This document shows, one piece after another, positions 18,259 through 24,504 of a stretch of DNA of 32,000 nucleotides. A program made the position numbers and the translations under genes. The notes under the pieces are model-generated. The model saw nothing but the letters and a program-made list of their open reading frames with translations, did no database searches and was not told the DNA's origin. Source of the stretch: Geotalea uraniireducens Rf4 (GTDB taxonomy: Bacteria > Desulfobacterota > Desulfuromonadia > Geobacterales > Geobacteraceae); assembly GCF_000016745.1 (NCBI RefSeq), contig NC_009483.1:3480001-3512000 (forward strand), given 5' to 3'. Each line of letters opens with the position of its first letter. The first letter of the stretch is position 1.

Positions 18259-19290
18259 AGCTCCAAATATCAAATTTTCAGGATCGCTTTCACTTTCTCC
18301 ACCTCTGCACACAACTTTTTATCTTGAACCAACTTCCTCGAAAGTAGACGGCGCGCTTCTGCTATTGCGGTTTCACCTACGCCGAACAGATTGCCGATTT
18401 CACGTAGTTTCTTTCCGCTGTACTTATGGCAGAGATACATTCCCACCTGCCGCGCCTGCTTTTCTTTTTCCCCCACTACTGCCGCTACTGCCTTCAATAT
18501 CTCTTCCGGCTCCGGGTTTGACTTAAATTGCCGGATTCCTGGGACAGCTCTGTCTACACCTTTCTCCGAGAGATGTTCTGATGTCACCATTTCTATAAAT
18601 TCCGCCGTGCCGAGTACTGCTGCGCCAAATGTGTTCTGGAAGGGGCTGTCGTATTCCTTCCCAAGCAAGTCTTCCACAAATGTTCGATACTTCTTCATTG
18701 CTTCTTTTGTCTTTTTGCCGAAATAGTCGAGGATTGTCTCCATCTTCAGCCACGTGGGCGCGGTTCCTTGACCGATGTAGTTGTTGTAGCTGGACCAGCG
18801 GTATTCCTCTGGACGCGTAACCATTCCCGCCCTTACCGGGTTTAAATGTATATATCGTGATAGTTCCATCGCATATTCGTCTAATTCAACCAGTATCGCC
18901 TTGTATCGCCCCTGAAAAAGATGCCCTGACCTTTTCCGCTTGATGTTGAAATATGTCGTGTATGCTCCGTTTATGTGCCGCATGATCTGTGACAGATTGC
19001 CTACCGGCGTTTCCAGGAGCAGATGATAATGATTGCTCATCAGGCAATAGGCATGAACTACTCCCCCGTATCGCTCTGTTGCCGATTCCAGATACTCCAG
19101 AAACTTTTGTCGGTCTCTTTGGCTTTTGAATACGTCCTTTTGCTCGTTACCTCTTGATGTGACATGGTAAAATGCTCCTGGATATTCGATTCGTAGCGGT
19201 CGTGCCATGGCGTTCTCCTTTGACTGATAAGTTATTCCTTTATCATCGCAAAGTTTACCATGCTTTTTGATTTTTGGAGACTTGACCCTT
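18249..19290 (-). mobile_element. RayT-like (REPtron-like) unit 1: Y1 transposase gene bounded by imperfect inverted repeats
   Basis: The left end is AAGGGGTCAAAGCTCCAA (18249-18266) and the right end is TTGGAGACTTGACCCTT (19274-19290). About 15 of 18 positions are complementary. I saw no flanking target-site duplication. Total length is 1042 bp. Confidence 0.6.
18270..19208 (-). CDS. IS200/RayT-like Y1 (HUH) tyrosine transposase fused to a DnaA-C-terminal-like HTH
   Basis: Start taken at ATG 19208 with AAGGAG upstream. It is homologous from residue 1 to 23223-24173 (MARPLRIEYPGAFYHVTSRGNEQKDVF). The HUH motif is NHYHLLLE and the Tyr motif is RYIHLNPVRAG. The C-terminal YLCHKYSGKKLREIGNLFGVGETAIAEARRLL is DnaA-domain-IV-like. 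Confidence 0.85.
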   Translation of the reverse strand: MARPLRIEYPGAFYHVTSRGNEQKDVFKSQRDRQKFLEYLESATERYGGVVHAYCLMSNHYHLLLETPVGNLSQIMRHINGAYTTYFNIKRKRSGHLFQGRYKAILVELDEYAMELSRYIHLNPVRAGMVTRPEEYRWSSYNNYIGQGTAPTWLKMETILDYFGKKTKEAMKKYRTFVEDLLGKEYDSPFQNTFGAAVLGTAEFIEMVTSEHLSEKGVDRAVPGIRQFKSNPEPEEILKAVAAVVGEKEKQARQVGMYLCHKYSGKKLREIGNLFGVGETAIAEARRLLSRKLVQDKKLCAEVEKVKAILKI

Positions 19291-19302
19291 TTATTTTCTT
19301 TT

Positions 19303-19620
19303 ATTCGGGTCGAAACCTTCAGGCAGCGGTATGGAGATCTTGACCTCCTTCCGGACATTGATACCGCCGGTGTCCACATTCACTGCTCCGAGATACTTGC
19401 CTCTTGCCGGCACCGGATGTGGAAGTTCCGCCTCTGTAACCGGCGTAATCCTGATAACGGTAGGCCCGACCAGCGCACCTTCAGGGATTTCGAGGAGCAC
19501 ACCCCCGTCACCTTCCACCTTGCCCCCCTTGGCGGTGACAAGGTAGCTGTCGTCCGAACCCTTGAAGGTGGGGTACGAGATGGTGGTCTGGTTGCCGGAG
19601 TAGTCCAGCAGGACTACTGC
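19303..19620 (-). pseudogene. Relic internal fragment of a third giant-protein gene (ZU5-like segment)
   Basis: Encodes ...LLDYSGNQTTISYPTFKGSDDSYLVTAKGGKVEGDGGVLLEIPEGALVGPTVIRITPVTEAELPHPVPARGKYLGAVNVDTGGINVRKEVKISIPLPEGFDP. This parallels IMDNSGNQTLVSYLTFKSDDGNYLVTAKGGKVEGEGGSILDIPEGAL...LSMPLPDGFDP of the gene at about 30170-30490. Homology stops at both ends and no start or scaffold is present. Confidence 0.8.
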
Positions 19621-19667
19621 CAAAAAAATGAGTCAGTGAACAAATAAACAACGTCGCACCCCCTTCT

Positions 19668-20633
19668 CTATTGTGGCTTCGTCCCCATTCTTTCCGCTGA
19701 TGCATTTTTATTTGCTAGGTACGCCCTGTATTTATCACCATCGAAATCAAGATTCCTTTCACCCAAGGGGTTTGTCCATACTTCTGCTTTAAAAAATACC
19801 TCGCCATTTTGGTTGACAAATTTGATATCTAGATTTGAGTATATCCCACCACCCCTGCTCTTTATGTAGAGATAGGTTTTAAACATCTGACCATTGGTCA
19901 CCTTAACTTTATAAATATTTTTGTAACCGGTCTCTGGTGGCACATAGAGCATCTGGTCAAGAGCAATAATGCCGCTATCGGCATCAGGTGTTTCCAAGAT
20001 AAAGTTATAGGCATCTTCTGCGGAAATGTACTCTACTCGGGCCTTAAGGTCAGCATGTGCATTATCGCTGTGATACCTCTTAAGATAGTATGGTGCTCCA
20101 TCAACCATATCGACAAGATCAACCTCGTAGTATTTTACATCTTTTTTAAAAACTACAGATATGTCACCAGGGATGACAACCGTTGGGGGTTCTTTCTTGC
20201 GCATGGTGAATACTACAGGATTGTTTCTGTCAATAACTGTGCTGCCATCATTTTCATATTCATCATGACCTTTAGCTCGGTTAATCCTCAAATAGTCATA
20301 ACCAGAGGCAGTTATTTTATTAACCAACAGACCGCTTCCATTGATCGCGGAAACTTCAAAAATGCCTTGATTATCAGTTGACAACACAATTTCCTTTACA
20401 CCGACTGCTTGGATAATTTGGATAGAAACCTGTGCGCTAATTACGGGCAGATTGTTATTATCCAATACCTTTCCGTAGTATAAAATGGGTTTGTCAAGTG
20501 ATTTTAATACATTTGATATTGTAGTTTGTTTATCTATTTTACTTAGATCATCTGCAAAATTACACTTTGTAAAAACAGCCAGTCCTGCAACAAACACAAT
20601 AGTAACAATTAATATTTTATTTTTCACAATCAC
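19668..20633 (-). CDS. Signal/anchor-bearing protein immediately downstream of the orphan hydrolase tip (putative cognate immunity protein)
   Basis: 321 aa. The GTG at 20633 overlaps the AAGGGAG RBS, so GTG at 20627 (5-nt spacing) is an alternative start. The N-terminus is hydrophobic (KILIVTIVFVAGLAVFTKC), followed by a CarboxypepD_reg-like segment (ILYYGKVLDNNNLPVISAQVSIQI...TDNQGIFEVSAINGSGLLV). It is homologous along its whole length to 24505-25461. Confidence 0.8.
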   Translation of the reverse strand: MIVKNKILIVTIVFVAGLAVFTKCNFADDLSKIDKQTTISNVLKSLDKPILYYGKVLDNNNLPVISAQVSIQIIQAVGVKEIVLSTDNQGIFEVSAINGSGLLVNKITASGYDYLRINRAKGHDEYENDGSTVIDRNNPVVFTMRKKEPPTVVIPGDISVVFKKDVKYYEVDLVDMVDGAPYYLKRYHSDNAHADLKARVEYISAEDAYNFILETPDADSGIIALDQMLYVPPETGYKNIYKVKVTNGQMFKTYLYIKSRGGGIYSNLDIKFVNQNGEVFFKAEVWTNPLGERNLDFDGDKYRAYLANKNASAERMGTKPQ

Positions 20634-20640
20634 TCCCTTA

Positions 20641-23196
20641 TTAGTATGATGATGTCAATCTAAAATCTGACATGATTGCTTTCCAATAGCCTTTTTCTTG
20701 TATTATAGTTGATCTGAACTGTCTGCTATGAGAGTAATGCTTCGTATCGTAATCAAATAATACTTTAAGGTCTTTATTATTATCATTATAAAAATTATTG
20801 ATGGCAGAAGAAACTGCACCTATGGCTTTAGCTCGTGATTGTATAATTCTGCTGAATACTTCATATCTATCATCCGGCAGATATAATGGGAGAAGGCCAT
20901 TTAAGTGTATTGAACCAAGTGGAACGTAACTGTATGGAAAGTCAGGACGTGTCAAACTATTGAGTTCCCAAGCTGCATACCCCTCATCTCCTCTGCTCAA
21001 GGCAAAATCTAATCTATTAAAATAGTTAATGTGTTTTGCTTTTTGTGTACTTGAAGATAGGTATGGCTTATCTGAGGAGGTTTCGTTACCAGACATATAA
21101 TATCCAAAGATGTTAGCTGTAATAACAGTACCTGGAATCTTGGCTGCAAGGCTTTTCTCTGTTATCGTATTGTCATAATAATGCGCCGACAAGGCCGCCT
21201 GTGTAGCAATATAGGTATGGACTATTCCTGGCCCCGGCAATTTATTGATGGTTTCTCCTGATACGATACCACCCATACTATGACCGAGTAGCCGTATCTT
21301 GCCCTGATATTTCGTCATATCTCCGCTTAAGAGCAAATTTTTAAATGCTTCTGAGGAATTCCATGCCCTTATCTCACTTTCGTCGAAAGTAAGTGCACCT
21401 TCCAATGTCGGCCAACTAAACAAACCAACTTTTCCGGTATACCCTGACCACCAGAGCCGCTTGAACATAGTCTCGGCCCAACGCTCCTTCTCCACTTCTC
21501 CGTTCGTCATGTTCCAGCCATGAACATAGAAAATGTAGTCATTGTTTTTGGGCTGATAATCTCCCTTTCTGGTTGTGTAGGATGTCAACACTCTCTTGGC
21601 GAGATCATCATAAGCAACCTGATATTTGTCATAAAACCAAGTAATCGGTTTCAGGTCCAATTTTGCTGAATTTTCCTCAATGTCGACCCCATCCGATTTG
21701 AGACTAATAGTCAGATCACCTGTACCTGATGATTTACCTTCGAAAATGAAATGCGACGCCCCTGTACCCATCAGTACGTTAGCAGGTAAATCAGAGACAT
21801 TAACTGAATCAATCGTGACAATTCGTTTGTTATACAACTGTAGCAGGGCTGTCTTGTATTCACTTAGATATTTTGTACCATCTGTCACCGCCTCAAAAAG
21901 ATTTAGTGATGGATTTGTGCCATTAACGTTTTTGAATTGCAGTTGATATGAGAAAACCGGCGGCGGCGTATCGTGTGGCGCAGTAAGAAACTTGATGACA
22001 TTACGTGCATGTTCGTCTATCTGTATGTGAACTTGTGCAAAATCTTCCAAGTCGCGCAACGTATTAATTTGGTCAACTTCAGTGTCATTTGCGTCTGATG
22101 CACTTGAATATATATCATCATCAAAAAGACCAACTTCGGCATTTCTCACGTCTGGCCCGGTATCATGATCATCATTCACCCAGAAAGTATATTTCTTGTC
22201 TTCAGGATCATCGAATCTGATCTTCCCATCCCTATTTCCATCAAAGGCAATCCTGATCAGCTTCTCAAGCGGAATATTTTTGCGCCTCATCAACCTGCCG
22301 TCTTTGCGGTTGCTGAATTCAAAAATCGCCTTGGTCCCGATACTGCCAAAAACTGGCGCGATTGCCATCCCATCCACGGTGGTCAGTGTCAAATCGGCAG
22401 CCGGGAAGTTGGTGGCTATAAAGCGTTTGTTTGTCGGAGACGTTATTGTTTTTTTCAAGTCGGCATAGCAGTGCTCGTCACTTCCTTTGCGGAAAGACAG
22501 CAGATACTGCGTCGGGTGGTCTATACCGGGAAGAGGGTTGACAACAGCACCCTTGCGCGTTTTGATTACCATGCTACCTACCAGGTCGTCATCATTACAG
22601 TTGATATCCGGATCCTCGTACTTTACCTCGACGTAGTAGCGACGGTCATCCTCTCCGCCCTTACTGTATCCTATCTCGGGAACCTGAATATTGCTCTCAT
22701 TGTATACTCTTATGTCGTTGGTGTTAATACCCATTGTGCGCATACCTTTGGTCTGGTCCGCCATGTACAGCCAGCCGTCTTTTTCCGCCATGGCCGGGAT
22801 GGTGCCTATGGGAATCATCGCCGGGGATCCTTCCGGTGTTGTAGCGCCGGATGAGTTGGGCAGTTGGGTGATGGTGTTGATCAGCCGGGGATTTTTTGGG
22901 TCTTTCACATCCACTACCTGAATGGCGCTCAAGGTACTGACGATTGCCAGCCCCGTCTCTTTGTTCAAGGTTATATCGTAGGGATAGGAGACAACCTCTT
23001 TATCCAGGGCATCTTTGACCGTTGCCAGCGGTTGGGGGTTGTAGGGGTCGGTAAGGTCAACGGTCTTGAGTCGGCCGCCACCGCCGGTGAGGGCCAGGTC
23101 CATGCTCTGCGGGTTGCCGTCGGCATCGGCATAGCTGTAGTCGGACACACCCGCCACACGCAAGGCGTTCAGCTTTTTGGGCTCGATCACTCCCAT
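20641..23196 (-). CDS. 5'-truncated orphan copy of the 3' third of the giant gene at 25465-32000, ending in a diverged DUF900-like alpha/beta-hydrolase; possibly silent
   Basis: Homology to the full-length gene begins exactly at 23199 (QMGVIEPKKLNALRVAG...). The first in-frame ATG is at 23196, with no visible RBS. The 21 extra N-terminal residues in the ORF track (TTG 23259) are read from inside the transposase unit and overlap the transposase stop. Confidence 0.7.
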   Translation of the reverse strand: MGVIEPKKLNALRVAGVSDYSYADADGNPQSMDLALTGGGGRLKTVDLTDPYNPQPLATVKDALDKEVVSYPYDITLNKETGLAIVSTLSAIQVVDVKDPKNPRLINTITQLPNSSGATTPEGSPAMIPIGTIPAMAEKDGWLYMADQTKGMRTMGINTNDIRVYNESNIQVPEIGYSKGGEDDRRYYVEVKYEDPDINCNDDDLVGSMVIKTRKGAVVNPLPGIDHPTQYLLSFRKGSDEHCYADLKKTITSPTNKRFIATNFPAADLTLTTVDGMAIAPVFGSIGTKAIFEFSNRKDGRLMRRKNIPLEKLIRIAFDGNRDGKIRFDDPEDKKYTFWVNDDHDTGPDVRNAEVGLFDDDIYSSASDANDTEVDQINTLRDLEDFAQVHIQIDEHARNVIKFLTAPHDTPPPVFSYQLQFKNVNGTNPSLNLFEAVTDGTKYLSEYKTALLQLYNKRIVTIDSVNVSDLPANVLMGTGASHFIFEGKSSGTGDLTISLKSDGVDIEENSAKLDLKPITWFYDKYQVAYDDLAKRVLTSYTTRKGDYQPKNNDYIFYVHGWNMTNGEVEKERWAETMFKRLWWSGYTGKVGLFSWPTLEGALTFDESEIRAWNSSEAFKNLLLSGDMTKYQGKIRLLGHSMGGIVSGETINKLPGPGIVHTYIATQAALSAHYYDNTITEKSLAAKIPGTVITANIFGYYMSGNETSSDKPYLSSSTQKAKHINYFNRLDFALSRGDEGYAAWELNSLTRPDFPYSYVPLGSIHLNGLLPLYLPDDRYEVFSRIIQSRAKAIGAVSSAINNFYNDNNKDLKVLFDYDTKHYSHSRQFRSTIIQEKGYWKAIMSDFRLTSSY
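20644..21545 (-). other. Alpha/beta-hydrolase (DUF900-like) tip, orphan allele
   Basis: Landmarks are YVHGWNM, FSWPTLEG, FDESEIRAWNSSEA, GHSMGG (21268-21285), INYFNRLDFAL and KHYSHSRQFRS. Confidence 0.6.
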
Positions 23197-23199
23197 CTG
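22390..23199 (-). repeat. 810-bp block identical to 27361-28170 (recombination handle, orphan copy)
   Basis: Line-by-line comparison at a constant offset of 4971 nt found no mismatch. Identity ends abruptly at 23199/23200. On the other side it decays to roughly 80-85% over 22170-22389 and drops lower beyond that. Confidence 0.9.
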
Positions 23200-23210
23200 A
23201 GAAAAACTAG

Positions 23211-24252
23211 AGGGGTCAGGTCTCAACTTCTGACATACCCTAAATTTGCCTCTACCCAATCTACCATCTTCTTCACTTGTTGATCTTTCTCGGCCTTTAA
23301 TGCCAGCCTCCGGCTTGCCTGCGATACCGCCGCATCGCTTATTCCAAAACGTTCACCTATTTCCTTAAGCTTTGCTCCGCTATACTTCTGACAGCAATAA
23401 ATGCTCATATTTCTTATCAACTCGTCTCTTTCGCCGAGCACCGCATTGATTTCCTTTATGATTTCATCCATCGAAGGCCGGGTTGCCAGTTCCTTCACAG
23501 CCGGAACGCTCCGCTCTGCCCGTCTCTCTCCCAGATGCCTTTCCGATATTTCTCTTACAAATTCTTCACTTCCTAATACTGTCGAGGCTACCGTTGCTTT
23601 CAATGGGCTGTCGTATTCACTATCGAGAAGGTCTTCGACAAATTTCCGATACTTGTTTTTCACATCCGGTGCTTTCGTGCCAAAATAGCCGAGTATGAAT
23701 TCCGTCTTCAGCCAATCGGTCGCCTTGTTGTCTTGACCTATGTAACTTCGATAGCTGGACCACTGATATCCCTCCGGCTTAGCAACTATTCCCGCCCGTA
23801 CCGGATTCAGATGAATGTACCGTGAAAGCTCTGTCGCATATTCATCTGCTTCGACGAGTATCGCCTTGTATCGCCCCTGGAACAGATGACCGGCTCTCTT
23901 CCGCTTGACGTTGAAGTACGTTGTATATGCACCGTTTACATGCCGCATGATCTGCGAAAGGTTCCCGGATGGTGTTTCCAGCAGCAGGTGGTAATGGTTG
24001 CCCATCAGGCAGTAGGCATGGATTAACGCCCCGTACCGCTTTGTTGCCGATTCCAGATATTCCAGAAACTTTTCCCGATCCTTTTGACTCTTGAATACGT
24101 CCTTCTGTTCGTTTCCTCTCGACGTGACATGGTAAAATGCTCCAGGATATTCGATTCTTAAAGGCCGTGCCATCGCTTCCTCCTTTGATTGTTTTGGACT
24201 TTCTCAAACATATCAAAGAAGTTCTACCTGTCAAGAATTGAGACCTGACCCC
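23211..24252 (-). mobile_element. RayT-like (REPtron-like) unit 2: Y1 transposase gene bounded by perfect 16-bp inverted repeats
   Basis: AGGGGTCAGGTCTCAA (23211-23226) is the exact reverse complement of TTGAGACCTGACCCCT (24237-24252). Length is 1042 bp. I saw no target-site duplication. The left repeat overlaps the transposase stop codon. Confidence 0.7.
23223..24173 (-). CDS. IS200/RayT-like Y1 (HUH) tyrosine transposase fused to a DnaA-C-terminal-like HTH
   Basis: 316 aa, with ATG 24173 preceded by AAGGAGG. The HUH motif is NHYHLLLE and the Tyr motif is RYIHLNPVRAG. The C-terminal YCCQKYSGAKLKEIGERFGISDAAVSQASRRL is HTH-like. By eye it is roughly three-quarters identical to 18270-19208. 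Confidence 0.88.
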   Translation of the reverse strand: MARPLRIEYPGAFYHVTSRGNEQKDVFKSQKDREKFLEYLESATKRYGALIHAYCLMGNHYHLLLETPSGNLSQIMRHVNGAYTTYFNVKRKRAGHLFQGRYKAILVEADEYATELSRYIHLNPVRAGIVAKPEGYQWSSYRSYIGQDNKATDWLKTEFILGYFGTKAPDVKNKYRKFVEDLLDSEYDSPLKATVASTVLGSEEFVREISERHLGERRAERSVPAVKELATRPSMDEIIKEINAVLGERDELIRNMSIYCCQKYSGAKLKEIGERFGISDAAVSQASRRLALKAEKDQQVKKMVDWVEANLGYVRS

Positions 24253-24276
24253 TTTGGTTGCCCTCCTTTGGTTGCC

Positions 24277-24344
24277 CTTGACCGTAAATTTGCCGCAACC
24301 GCGGAAAAGCTCGACGCCGTTCCCTCGGTAATCCTCGTGCAATA
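24277..24344 (+). pseudogene. vapC 3'-terminal remnant (last ~22 codons only)
   Basis: Encodes ..DRKFAATAEKLDAVPSVILVQ*, compared with ..DRKFVATAEKLDAVPSVLLVR* for the intact vapC. No upstream PIN coding sequence is present. Confidence 0.85.
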
Positions 24345-24395
24345 AGCTCTTCCTTTTTCAATCCTTTCGAACTAAATCATTTTCTCTCGCACTCG
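24277..24395 (+). repeat. Direct repeat copy B of the vapC 3' end plus downstream sequence
   Basis: 111 of 119 nt are identical to 15709-15827, in the same orientation. The two copies bracket 8449 bp (15828-24276). Confidence 0.9.
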
Positions 24396-24456
24396 GCTGA
24401 GCGGATCGAGCTGGAAGTTAAACCGTTCAGAAATGCACTTAGAATGTGAATTCACC

Positions 24457-24494
24457 GCTTAAGAGAAAGCTTAAGGGGTCAAAGAAAGCTTAAG
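24457..24494. repeat. REP-like cluster: three GCTTAAG cores, AGAAAGCTTAAG x2, containing CTTAAGGGGTCAA
   Basis: GCTTAAG occurs at 24457, 24469 and 24488. AGAAAGCTTAAG occurs at 24464-24475 and 24483-24494 (period 19). The 13-mer CTTAAGGGGTCAA (24470-24482) is identical to the two copies at 18225-18237 and 18246-18258. Confidence 0.6.
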
Positions 24495-24504
24495 TGTACC
24501 TCTA

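Noticed and set aside
19209-19379. 57-aa N-terminal extension of the transposase ORF (ORF track start at 19379).
   Set aside because: The paralogue begins exactly at MARPLRIEY. ATG 19208 has a strong AAGGAG RBS. The extension also runs across the unit's inverted repeat into the relic fragment.
23197-23259. 21-aa N-terminal extension of the orphan ORF (TTG 23259).
   Set aside because: It reads through the inverted repeat and overlaps the 3' end of the transposase gene. It has no homology to the full-length gene and uses a weak TTG start without an RBS.
18240-24260. Target-site duplications flanking the two transposase units.
   Set aside because: The bases immediately outside the inverted repeats differ (unit 1: ...ACAACCTT / TTATTTTC...; unit 2: ...AAAAACTAG / TTGGTTGCC...). 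Absence of a duplication is compatible with Y1 transposases, so nothing is claimed.
23842-24342. 166-aa minus-strand ORF overlapping the 5' part of transposase 2 and the vapC remnant. The similar out-of-frame ORFs 18523-18753 and 15556-15861 belong in the same class.
   Set aside because: They are out of frame and overlap well-supported genes. The products are basic and low-complexity.
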